A DNA stretch of 64,000 nucleotides. Source: Eledone cirrhosa (lineage: Eukaryota). The notes under the pieces were generated by a model. The model was not told the origin of the DNA. It was given only the letters and a program-made list of their open reading frames with translations, and made no database searches. Position numbers and translations under genes: made by a program. Positions 1 to 14,564 of the stretch are shown here, one piece after another; position 1 is the first letter of the stretch; every line of letters begins with the position of its first letter. Where the stretch lies: contig OZ024740.1 in assembly GCA_964016885.1 (NCBI GenBank), positions 382,354,001 through 382,418,000 of the forward strand. Reading direction: 5' to 3'.

Positions 1-1107
1 AGGCTATCTCCCTGGAAGATACCTCTCTTGATCTTCACGCTTCCCAATGATTCTCCAGTTGATGTCAACTCTGTTTCCCAGGACCTCATACTCTTGCCCA
101 ACAACTGTCTGATGTTATCTGCCACCTTGAAGATCTCCAGGCTTTTGATGATCCAAGAATGAGGCACCATGTCAAATGCCTTTGTGTAGTCTATCCATCC
201 CATGGCAAGATCACTGTGTCTCCTCCTGCAATTCCCCATTACCATCTTATCAATAAGTAACTGGTCCTTTGTACCACGTGACTTCTTTCGGCATCCTTTC
301 TGTTCGTCCGGTAACAAGTTGTTCGTGTGGAGGTGATGGTAGATTTCCTCATACATAATGCTCGTCAACAGTTTCCACATTACGGACAGACATGTGATAG
401 GTCTATAGTTGGTAACATGATTACCCTTGATTCGGTCTTTCATTATCAGAACTGTGGTACCTTTTGTCAACCACTCTGGTACCTCACCTGACATCAAGCA
501 GTCATTGAACATGGTTGTCAGTTTCGGGTGGAGGGATGTTATATTTTTAATCCAATACCCCTGCATACCATCTGGGCCTGGTGATTTCCAGTTGGTTAGT
601 TTTTTGGCCTGCCCCTTAAGAGTTTCAACTGTGATTCACAAATCAGTTTGCTGGTGTGCCTGCTCACCGATCTCCCTCTGTACTGTCTCAATCCACCCTG
701 CCTGGTCATTATGTCTAACATCCTGCTCCCATATTCCTCTCCAGAATGTTTTAGTTTGTTCCGCCTCAGGGATCATGTCGTTGCCTCTTTCTTTCCCCTC
801 AAGCTGTCCAAACAGCATCTTCTGGTTGTTGTCGAACATGCGGTTCTGTTTATACTGACTGACTCTGTTCTCGTATCGCCTGATTTTTGCACTCTTTGCT
901 ACAATGCGTTGCTTCAGTTCCTCTATGATAATATTTAGCTTTTTCCTCCTAGTTTTGTACTTTATTTCCAGTCTATTTTTAGTGCCTATGTTTTTTAGTG
1001 TCCCATTCAGTAGGGACTCAAGCTTTCCAATGTCATTTCTCATTTCCCTGATTTGACCACTCAGTCGTTTCTTCCACAAGGCTCTGCTCTTTCTTGTCTG
1101 TTGTCTC

Positions 1108-1109
<2 letters not shown>
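1..1109 (-). mobile_element. 5'-truncated Dong/R4-clade non-LTR retrotransposon (RT region), runs off the window start; pseudogenic
   Basis: Minus strand reads NWKSPGPDG, NYRPITCLSVMWKLLTSI, EQKGCRKKSRGTKDQLLID, WIDYTKAFDMVPHSWI and IKRGIFQGDS (R4/Dong-type RT motifs). In-frame TGA at 636-638 separates these from ORF 636..1112. Begins directly after a (TAA)n tract. Confidence 0.88.

Positions 1110-1163
<54 letters not shown>
1110..1163. repeat. (ATT)n/(TAA)n microsatellite; tail/target between two Dong copies
   Basis: Pure trinucleotide run. Confidence 0.97.
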
Positions 1164-1915
<752 letters not shown>

Positions 1916-4900
1916 ATTCATAATCACAAGTAATCATATATATATATAGTAAATCTACAATGTATATATGATAGGAAGTAGTACGTATGAAAGAGAGAAA
2001 GCCAACACTTTGAAGTTGTAGTTTTCATTACATTAACTCAACTTTAAATACAAATTTCCACTGTGCTGTTTCTTTCTTCACTGAACAATGTCAATTATTT
2101 GCTAGATTGTTTACTTCCGGTCTCATACCGTCGATATTATTAGAAGTAATGTGAGGGTAGTAGTAATAGTATTGCCATGAATACATCTATCATTCTGTCT
2201 GCTTGTATGTCGCTTTCTGTTTCTCTCTGTCTTTTCCACCTGTCCATATGTCATTTTTTTCATAATTGTACAAGAATCATCGATCTGCCAGAGAGGACAA
2301 CACAAAACCTACATCTACTCTCTATCTTCACACACGCCATTGCTAACAATACCATTACTACCCATTTTACAACTGAAACTATTATTACTATACTTATTAG
2401 TCTCTAGCCACGACTGCTCTATAATGTTTGCGCCACAACCACCATCAAGAATAAGACCTGCATCACCTGTGCCAACATCACCATCAAACAGCGAACAAGG
2501 AAGCTTCTACGTAATCAGGTGATCCACTAGAAATGGCAGCTTGCTTTCATCAAAATAAATATCATGCATGCAAACAATGTATTGCTTCCATCTTACTTTC
2601 TACCTAATACTTACTTATCCAGCCAACCACCTAGTCACTGTGACAGTCATTATTCACACATGGAACAATACATCTCATTGATATCAAAACGTATGACAAA
2701 TTGCTATATTTGATCACCATTTGGGGGAAAGTAGTTTGTTATAGTTCTGCTAGAAACGTTTTATTTATTAATCAGAAAATAACTAAAAAGATAAAACATC
2801 GACAGAAGATAAACAAATCAAACCATAGGTTAATACACAAATTTACGATTTTTATCAATTATTTCATGGGCAAAAGGAAAGAAATGTACAGTTGGTTTAA
2901 ATGTATCATATTTCTTCTTTCTTTCTACTTTCAAAATATTGTTTAGTGCTATTATTCACATAGCAGAATAAGTAGAACTCCATTGATATGTCCTTTCGTT
3001 ATTTAGTTGTGTCTAATTGCGATCTGTGTTCAAATAATATTGATGTTGTCTTTGCCATTTATCTTAAGTATCCGTCCAATACAGGTTGAGATCGATACAA
3101 TTGACTATACCTCTAGACAAGGTCTTAGCTTTTCTGAAGAAATATTTATCATCTCTAAGGCAGTGCTGTAACATAATCGGCAGAGTGCCAGTCAAATTGT
3201 TTAGTATTGTTTAGTTACGTGCTGAGACAAACATTTCGGCTCATCATTTCGTGGTCAAGTACTAGTGTCAATTTAATCGATTGTAACCTCTCCAAAATAT
3301 GTGCCAATGTCAGAAATCAATGCTAACGCTGAGCGTATTTGAAACGAAAGTAGATATGCTTAACAGAAGTATACTACGTGCTTATTCGCAAGCTTAAGAG
3401 AATTATAGCTATATTTGCTCTATATAAAAGTATAATGATATTTGAATTTGATATGTAGGTAGAAATGTATCGGAAATATAAATGAAATTGTGAAATAAGA
3501 GGAAGGCCATACACGTGAGCTATGACTTTCGAGAGTATAGTGAGATATCAGTCTCTCAGTTATGTTGGATACCGATGCCGCACAAATAAAAAGCACGAAA
3601 TGTTTTAAAATTAAATAACGTATGGAAACAAGCTACTTGTGAAATTGGGATCATAACTCACTATTGTTTTATTCGTGACCCCAATAGTGTGTATGTTGTA
3701 AAAATCTCAGAAATTTATCGTCAGAATGATGAAGGACAATGAATGTTCAGACAACAGCAGTTGATATTCAGTGTTTGAAGATGAATAAATTCATATATGT
3801 TTTTCTTTTTTATCTATAGGATCTCCGATAATACTGATTTTAAAATAAAAGGGAAAACATCCAATATATTTAATGATCCGTGCAATACATATTGTCTATG
3901 TGCTACATACAACATTGTAAATATGTATAAAATGTCTATTTATGCATTTTAGTGAACTAAGTATTTCATAATTTTAAGAAATTGAAACTTTTTTCTGGTT
4001 ATTGCTTCCTCAACTGGAATGTACATAATGCGACTTATAAGCTGCGAAATACAATACCTTCGCTGGTAGAATCTGACTACCGGCTTCATTTTCATCCTTT
4101 GTATTATAATTACTGGCAAAATTGAAATAATTGGACTTCTGGAGGGATATTTTATTATGAACGAGGCTTAATTTAAACACTGGATGCACTTTATATGTTT
4201 TAATAAATTAAAGCTGGTTAAAATATATTTAGTACCGCATTTATCTAATTTTATAGTATATGAAGCCGACTAGATGCTGCGTTTTCTTTTTACGCTAATG
4301 ATGAAAGAGTTAAGTTAAAGGACGAAACAAGAAAACATAACAGTCAATGTTAAGATCAAACTCCACTTTTGGAAATAAAAGACAAAACCTCATTAACAAG
4401 TTCAATTTATTTTATGTCTGAAAATTTGGAAGAGACAACTATGTTGGACAAAAAGAAATGTTATCACCTCGTTTAGAATTTAATATTTATGATCTTTAGT
4501 GAACATTACACTACAGGAATTTACAAACATCGACAATGCTACAAGCAAATAAAAACATAACCACTCATATTGTTTCACTGAGAAAACACATTTGACTTGC
4601 TCTCATTAAAAATAACTCTATTGTTCAGCAAACAAAACGGAAATAAATGTCATAGATGCCAACCTAGTTTGACATTCATCGTTTTGATTCGGAAACAGAG
4701 AATACTCATCTGAGCTTTCAAAATGTTATCTAATTATTAGTTTCGTTTCGTTATATGTTATTCCGTTTGTTGGCTTCTTTCTTTTTTTTTTCCCCGCATT
4801 CTTTCGATCCTACGTTTTTGGTTACATATGTGCCTTTTATACTATTCTGCAATGATCTACGTATATAAAATTACAACTTATATAAAAGCAACATTTATAT

Positions 4901-7900
4901 TATTTGTAAGACAATTAATTGCCTGAAGAATAAATATTTTAAATTAAGTGTGATAGATAGTTTGAATCAACAATTCAATAGCAAGCTACTGTACTTTGTT
5001 CATTTGTACGTTGGATTCAATTCTCGTCTCTCTTATATAAAATAATGATGTATCACAGCATGTTAGGATTTTCAAAGCTTTAGCAACGAACTTGTACTGT
5101 ATTGTGTACATATTCGATTTTGTTCCATAGTTCAGATTGTTTACATCTTAATGTAAAGATAAAGAACAATAGATCACTACTCTCACAATAGAAGAGGTGA
5201 CAAGGTTAGAACAAATATAGTTTTCAAAGAAGTTCCTATCTACCGCTGTGGACTTCACACTCTCTAATTTGTAATGCATAAGAAAAATACAATTTCAAAA
5301 GGAAATTTCCAAAATTATGAAATTCCCAGGCGTACTGCTAGTAATATGCAAATAATAGCAAGACTACGTTTTTGCTCATGCGCTTTGGATATTTATGGTG
5401 GTAGAGTGGTAGCTAAGCAACCTGTCTTAAATCCTTCCGGTGTTGAGATTGCAATTTATCACTTTTCGGATCGATGTATTAAGTACTAGTAACATACTTG
5501 TTTGTTACAGTTGTTTATACATAATCTTTATAAAGGTATCGCTGTCCCAAAGTTAGAAATCAGCATTCAGTAGAGATTGCTAACAATCTAGATTGTCTTG
5601 TTTCTTCTGTAGAATTACTTTTTCCCTAAACATTTATCCATCTGCCAGTGATCATTCTACGTATATTTCCCAACTGTCTTTATCTTTCATCAGTCTTTTT
5701 ATTTTATTTTTATTGTTTATGCACGTTTCCCTGCATGTGACTTCAGCTATAGTTTTTACCCAACCAAACTTTTTAAAGATGTATTATCTGTAAGTTTTCA
5801 CTCTATCAGAACTCTTTATATATGTAGACAAATTTTGTTCCTCACAAATTTCTACATTCTCACCTTTTCACTTATTTTATTAGCTTTACATTTCACTTTA
5901 TTACCTTATTCATGGACGCCTATTTTTCTGTCATAGATTGGATAGCTATCTTTCGTACTTTACACATTGATATTTCTCAGTGTCCTCTATCTACCATTAT
6001 GAAGCTGTCACGCTCTTTCTCCAGCAGTCTTCACACCATTTATGTCATGATCCACGTCCCAGTTTTCCAATTCCTCTCTTCTCGCTCCGACATTGTATAG
6101 AATTTATTTCTCTCTGTCTTTTTCCCATCTTCCCCTCTTCTCTCTTTCTGCGTCAACACACTGTACTGGACTTCAATTTCATTTTTTCATGTTATCTATA
6201 TTCACTTAATACTTCAGCTGTAATATCCCTTTGTAACACTTCCTCTCGTTTCCGTGTTCAATTTTTATCTTTTACGTCAATTGATTTGTCATTCTTTCTT
6301 TGTCACTCTAAGTATTTGCTCCTAAATTTTAATGTCACTTTCCTTTACATTTATGCCTTAACATTTTGTCAATGAACCTTTCCTTCTCTCTTCATATCAT
6401 GCGCGGACACACACCCAATATTTCACGCCATAAACTTTCTGTTAAACATGAATACTTTCAGTCATTAAACCTTTTATTTTCGAAAGGTTCTTTCTACATT
6501 TGTGTATTACCGCTTCTTCTTTTGCTTTTTGCATGTATATTTTCTTATTTATTTCATTCCTTTCATTTCCATCTTTCTTTTTTTCTTTTCCTTTCTTTCA
6601 TTTTCTTATATTTATTTTATATTTTTTTCTTTCCCGTCGTCTATCATTCGAATATTCCTTTTCTTCCTTCTCTATTTCTTTTCTTATTTCTATCAATTAT
6701 TTTGTTTCCTTCTTTTCATCCATCGATATTTCTAATTTCGAAAGTGACTAAGAGCAAAAAGCTACCATCTAATATCTCACAGAGATATTAAGTGGCAAAT
6801 AGACTGTCATTTCATTATAGCTTCTCCAGTTTAAGCCAAATAAATATTCGTCAATTTTATCCACTTTCTATGGTTGGTTACATTAATGAACTATTTAACT
6901 TAGTTTATTGACCATACACACATCGACACAATGTAGCCAGTTTCTAACACAGTATCGATTCAACATCTGCAGCAATAGCAGTGGTATTTGATGTCATCAC
7001 ATCTAAATTACAGACCAAAGTCCGCAGCAATTAAATTTTGGTTTTAATTCACCGCCAAAGTTATTAGTGTTGTTGCCTAGCCCTCTGTCAGCCCTGATCA
7101 AGCAGTCATATGGCACGTAGTTAATTGGCCGAATGAAAAGTTAAGATCAATAAATCAATATTCTCAGTTATACCAGGTCTGTATTAAGTGATGTATAGTA
7201 AGGAGTGCAGTGCCACTGCAGAAATTGCATTTCAGACCCTATTCGTGTTCATTCTGTTCGACTGTAGATTATGATAATGTTTACAGTGACAACACGTCCG
7301 TTGCTATCTGTTGGAACTCGGCAGGTACTGATTCCTTGCACTTAATTTTGGTGTGTTTCCTAGGGAAATGTTGGAGAACAAGGAAGCTATTGACGCTGCG
7401 GGTATTTCTATGTATATATGTCCATTATGCTTATCCAAGCTGAATTGTTGATGCAGTATTTTTCGGTTGCTTTTGTAGTAATTCACAGCGTATTGTTAAT
7501 GTACATGAGTGTTTTAGGGTGCTTTTGCATGTAGTAACCCGGTACTGTTAGGTTTGAACCTTACTATGGCCAAAATGTGTCCCTCTCGTATATAGGTGGC
7601 CTATTTTTCTTTAGTTGTGTAGGCATTTTATAGTTGTGGTCAGTGTTGAACCTGTTACAATCCGCAGTGTATTATATTAACTTTGGGTTTATCAATTTTA
7701 TTACGGAAATATTAAAATCTAACTAGAGTTTTGCCATGTTTCTGAATGTGTTGAGTCACATTTTGTAGATTCGACTAAGTTGATGGCAATTAGAATGACA
7801 CGTTTAAGAGATTTTGTTTAGTTTTTGTTAAAAACCATTCTGTATTTTGTATACATTTTCAAAGTATTACGGTTTTGGAGGGCAGTGGTCTGAATGTCTG

Positions 7901-8957
7901 TTGCTTTTTGAAGAGAGTATTTGTGGGTTACTACCTTTTAAGGATTGGTCTTTCTAGAATATTTGATAGTATGATTAGGATGTTGATAGATTTATATACT
8001 GCTACTACACGTGCGTGTATTGAGTATAAGATTGCATTAATTTGATAAAACACCATACTGTGAAAGTGACTGTACTGGCACCGTAGTTTTGTAACCGAGG
8101 ATGATAAGAGTTGCAGTGATAAACTCCATTAAGACGGTATAAATGGCTGATATGATCACTCATAAAATGCCGTGATGTTATTGGTATTTTTGTGGAGAAA
8201 TAAAGCATTTACATAAAATAGTTCTCTTTTCATTCGGTTTTTCCAAAAAGATTTTGAATGCCCAATTCCTTCATCAGGCGCTCAACTATCAATAATACCC
8301 AGGTGTAAGACAATGATGAATTAGGATGTTGCTTAAGACGGTATTGATGTTGGTGGTGAGATATGATAAGATTAGTGACGACACTTAAAATCTTAGTCTA
8401 TTCACAACCAATACTAAGTCTTTACTGGGTGCGCGCGCGTTCAGCTTTCGTTTTATTGACACATATGCGAATAATTTCAATCATATTTTCGATATAAAAT
8501 TAAACATAGATTTACAGAAAAGTGACATGCTCAAACAAACAGACTTATATACTTGCACTTGCATACCGATGAACGTGTAAATGCACATACATGCATATCC
8601 TTATATACCGACTTATAAGCTTGCAATTACATACCGATGAACATGTAAATGCACATATATGCACATCCATATATACATAGATACACACCCCGAGAAACGC
8701 ACACATGCATTTACATATACAGATGCATACAAATACTCTCAGCAGCCATATACGAAATAAAACAAAAACACAGACATATATGCACAGATAGACTCACACA
8801 GGATAATCACACATATCCACATACACCACTTTGTCAAATGAAGGAACACAAAACATCGGGAGACTCGAAGTAGCAATAGGATCAATCATCGTATTCAATT
8901 GTATAAATCAAACATGTCGCGAAATGTTTTTCCCTGTTAAACATATTGCTTTGATTA

Positions 8958-10290
8958 CACCGTGTAACATATTATTTATTCCCCGGTTCTAAGTATCAGT
9001 TCCTGGTTTGGTATATTCCATTATTATGAAAAAACACTATTATTTAATCAGAAGTTTGGGTTTATGCTCATGTGTTTGATATTTCAAAATTTTCATATTT
9101 TTCAAGAAAAAACACATTTTTAAAAACTTTATCAGTTCATATAATTAAATCAACAGAGTATATATTTATTTTATTACACAAGCTTATCAAAAGCAAACAA
9201 TTAAAAACAAATAACACCTATAAAGCAACTTATACACATCAGATATGACTGGATTTCCTGGATTTGCGGTTGTAGTCCAGGTCGCATTCCCGCACTAGCT
9301 CCCAGATATAGTCCCCCATCATTTGTTTCATTGTAGTGGCCCTGGTACCTCCACTCTATCTCTTTCACATCTTGGTGGAATCGTTCGCCTTGTTCTTCTG
9401 AGTAGGCGCTCATATTGTTCTTGAATTTTTCCAGGTGAGCGTCCAGTATATGGAGTTTAAGCGATATCCTGCATCCCATGGCGCCAAAATCCTTTATAAG
9501 ATCCTGCACTAGTTGCTGGTAGTTTTCAGCTCTGTAGTTGCCCAGGAAGCCCTTAACAACTGCCTTGAAACAGTTTCCTGCTGTTCTCTCAATCCTATTG
9601 AACTTATTGGAGAACTCGGTAAACTCAAACACCTCCATTATCTGAGGTCCAACAAAAATTCCACCTTTGATTTTGGCCTCAGATAACATCGGGAAGAACT
9701 CAAGAAAGTACTTAAAGCGACTGATTCTTGGTTTAGAAACTTCACAAACTGCTTCATCAACCCCAACTTAATGTGCAGTGGCGGCATGAGCATAATCCTG
9801 GGATCAACCAGTGACCCCCACATAACGTGCCGGGTCCCAACTACAAATTCTGTTCGCTGCTCCCAGTTCTTTCTTTTGTAGTGGTCAGAGGTGGCTCTGC
9901 TGTCCCAAAGGCAGAGGAAGAATTGGAGTCCAAGCAGGAAAGCCACCATCTTGAAGTCACCTTCAGGCAGAATGAAAGAGTAGGGGCAGTGTCGGGAACT
10001 TGTTTCCATTGTGGAGGAGAAGAGCCTTCAAACTTGCGGCGGAGCTGTCTATAAATAGCCGCCACTCCTTGGGTACAAACGGCACCCCAATAATGTCAAA
10101 CAGTCCAGGCACGTCATGGCAGAAGCAGAGGCCATCCCTAAGGCTGTAAAAGCCTGAGAAAGGTTCGTGTCGTCTTCTCTGACTTGTCACCTGCACTTTC
10201 TCCTTGACCAAGTTCCACTGCATCATCCTGGAGACGAATGCTTAAAACACAACTTACCCTTTATTCAGCGTGCGAAAATCCAGTATCAAT
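8958..10290 (-). mobile_element. Degraded Chapaev(3)-like DDE DNA transposon (transposase pseudogene)
   Basis: Three frameshifted ORFs (9963..10226, 9638..10009, 9201..9689) give EWRLFIDSS, GDFKMV..FLCLWDSR, PPLHIKLGLMKQFVK, SLKLHILDAHL and SEEQGERFHQD. A CAC-starting terminus (caccgtgtaac) lies at 8958; the other terminus was not found. Family assignment is from motif recall. Confidence 0.65.
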
Positions 10291-10719
10291 AACTCTCTTT
10301 AACCCACTTTTTAACAATTTTATACTTTATTACACTTTTATAATTTTCTTTAGGTATTACTCTTTATTTTATAATTTTAATTTAACCTGAGATCATATAT
10401 AAACAATCATTTAACATAAATAAATTAAACTTACATACAACGTACAATCCAGCATACAAATAATTCTAGTGAATAGCTTAGAATTTTTACAAACCCCAAC
10501 TTTTAACTATTTAATGTCACTTTTTTAATCATTTGGGACCTAAGCAACACACAAAATGTGATTACAAGGCAGGAACAGAGAAAAACTTTTTTTTTTGAAA
10601 GGTGTTATAATAAAAAATAATGAACCAAAAAAAGTAACAAAACAAAAAACCCAGAGACCATAGTGAAGAGAACGAGAGAAAAAGAAAATAAACCAATATA
10701 TATATATAATATATGAATT

Positions 10720-10906
<187 letters not shown>

Positions 10907-11066
10907 AGGAGTTAAAATATAGCAGTGTCTCCAGTACTAGTTGTTTTGAGCTTAATGGCATAGGCTTGAGACCCAGCTGTAGCTTCACAGCTATAATAAA
11001 ATAGATATCACTCTACCCTTGGATTCAGTTTTTTCAGTTTTCACACCCAAATATCCCTCTCTGGAA

Positions 11067-11119
<53 letters not shown>

Positions 11120-12956
11120 GATCTCATATTTAATACTGTTTCCTGTCGTGTTCTTTTCAAAATTAAATTAACTTCAATTTTGGTGTCGTTTATACATCTA
11201 GAACAACTAGTGGATCAATTAGTGGATCAATTCGAATTCACATGGAGTGCTTAAACATAAATATATAATTAAAATTAAAATAAAATATATAATTAATTTG
11301 GACTTGTGAGGCGCTACTTTAATTTGTAGTGTGCAGGATTACTGCATATATTCGAATCTATAATTCAAATTAATTTTACGGGCTATACTTGAATATTTAT
11401 TTTTAACCTTCATGTTCTCTTGCTTGTGGACAACTCTGACTAAACATAACTAGCATCAAAGTAATTTTCAACCATGATGACTTCAACTATTTAGTGAAAT
11501 TGAGGCCTATATTATATAATACCATTTTTTTCTTTTAAGATGGTTGGTATAATTTGAAAAAAATTCTTAAATTCTATTTCTATCATGTTTATCGATCACA
11601 TAGATCCTCTCTCCCGGTAGCTCAATTTGTAAAAAGAGTTACAGGTTATAGTTTACTCTTGAGTTTATTGTATGAATTCATATGAATTTATTTGATCGTG
11701 TTTGGAGATTCATTTATGTCTATGTTAAGGTACTGAATTGCTGAAGATCATGTATATTATCTATTAGTATATATTGCGAGAGTGTTGATCGGTGTCTTAT
11801 TTTAGAGATGTTTATCTAATTTGCTTTGTTTTTTTCGCCTTAAGACGTTTTGTTCCGGCTAGGTATATGGGGATGGTAGAGCTTTGCTGTGTACTTATAT
11901 TGTTATTAAATTTGCTATAATTCTGAGAATTTTGTTCAGAATGTTTCGCCTTCTGTTTTTGGAAGTATTTCATATTTGTGTTCCTTTGTAGAATATTTTC
12001 TTGCAGTGTACTTCGGCCAGCACTATCTTACAATGTATGGACATTTGATCAGTACGGGATTTGTATATGCGTTTTATTGTAAAAAGATGTGTAAAAACAA
12101 GCTGATCCAGTGTCGAGGCAGTCACTTACCATTTATATTAAATCCTCGAAATTATATTAGTCGGGGCAGATATTGCAATTATTCCTTCACCATTTACAGA
12201 ATAAAAAAAATAACAACATTAATTTGAGTATATTTTGGGTAATGTTTAACCTGATAGTAAGCTTATAGATTTCCAGAAGCTTTTTATTCCTAATAGAATT
12301 GGTGATCTTCATAGTAAGATTAGACGGGATGATGATTCGATAGCGAATCGTTTGAAGTTATTTCTAAAGATCACACCAACGATTTATAAAAGTGTCTTCC
12401 TTTCCCAACCAATTTGGACGTTTAATAAAGTGGTTTTCTTCAGGTCCAATCCAAGTTTTTTTTGCTGAAATTGGATTCGGGGAATCTGTTTAGAAATTAT
12501 TTGAAGAGACTATACTACGGGTTTGATGGTAGATTGAATACGTCAATCGATTTAGCACCACGACTATGTTTCAGGATTCATTTAACTGAGTAGATTATAT
12601 TCCAGAAACACTGAAATAATTCCAAGTAGGACATATATGCCAAATTCTTTCTCAGTTTCCAACAATTATCTCGGTTGCTATGCAATATATCATAGATGCT
12701 TTTCTCCCTCCATAAGAAAAATATTTATTACATGTATTTGTATCAGCCATGTTCGAACATGAATATAAGATTTTCTGTATGTCTGTTCACAGATAAAAGT
12801 TGATTTCCGGAGTTTTAATGTGATTTTTGTTTTGTTTCTGCTAATGAAACTCGTGTCCATTTATTATTAATTACATGCAATATAAAAGTTAGACATATTG
12901 TAATGTGGGAGAAACTTTGTGCCCCAATCAAATATGAATGTATGTGTATGTGTTTG

Positions 12957-13031
<75 letters not shown>

Positions 13032-13699
13032 ATGTGTGCGTGTGTGCGTGTGTGCGTGTGTGTGTGTGTGAAATGATATAGGTAGTCTTGTTGTCTGAAT
13101 AAGCAAGTTGACATAAACGTCAATCATCTGAAAATATTCTCGTAAATTCTAGTCCATTTTGGAGACACAAACAATGAAGCAAATTTAAATAGTTTGAGCT
13201 AATTCAAGATATTTTGTAACATTTAGACTATGTATTGGAAGTTGATCCTGTCTTTATGCAAACTTGTTAAAACAACTGAAATGTTTAGATATCATGCGTT
13301 CACTTCTGTGAAGCATATTCACGTAGCTATTTTGCCTGATAAAGTAATGGCAAACTTATAGGAATGAAGAATGGTGTTATGCACAGATTTGTAATTCAAC
13401 AAGAGCAGAAGTTAAATTGCTCAAGGAGAAAGAGACCGTTCTGTGTGAAATGTACATCCAATTAAAGGCTTGCATGCTGAATATTAATTCAGAAATTTGG
13501 TTTCACTAGATAATAAGTTTTAGGATGTAGGAACAGCTCAGAGCATATGGTGTTTCTGCTTTGCTTCATTGTAACGATATGAATGCCTCCAAAATGATTT
13601 TCATTGTTCAAATTGCGAGAATCAACCCAGTTGGTTGAAGTTGTCTCCCTCGCTCTGCATATATATACTCATTCTTCTATACAGTCGTTACCGGTACTA

Positions 13700-14055
13700 T
13701 GACAAAGTTCTTTCTCCAGCTCACCTTGGGTGAATTTCCCTTGAATTTCCTGCTTTCAACCCGGTGTCATCTTCACGATGATCCTTTAGTGTGTTGATTA
13801 GTCTCCCAGCTCGTCTGCACACATGAGATGTCCATAAAAGAACTCTGCCAGCAGGTCCATTGTCATGTTTCACATATCCGGCTAATACGAGCATATGATT
13901 TCAGAGCGGCGAAAGTGTGGACAATACGGTGATTTGTTGCTAAATGTGTTCAACATGTGGAAAACACCCAAACCTGTCGTTCATGGGCGCCTGCTGATCT
14001 TCCACAAACACAACTTGCCTATGCTTTGACATCGGAGGGGAATTTTCCATACCGA
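13700..14055 (-). mobile_element. Degenerate 3' end of an RTE-type LINE
   Basis: Minus strand LAGYVKHDNGPAGRVLLWT..RRAGR..DDTGL resembles the C-terminus encoded at 58030..58389 (LAGHV.RH...DTGL). Confidence 0.55.
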
Positions 14056-14078
14056 TTGTGTTGTTATTTCTGTTTACC

Positions 14079-14362
<284 letters not shown>

Positions 14363-14533
14363 AAAGGAAAGGAATGACTTCACAATTTGGTTTAATTTTA
14401 TAATATTATAAAATTAAACCATTGTATTCTATCTTAGATAGAATACAATAACCAAAACACATACACCCAAACGCGAACACACACACCAAACACTATACAC
14501 ACACGAAACGCATGCGCAGAGACAGAGACAAAA

Positions 14534-14564
<31 letters not shown>

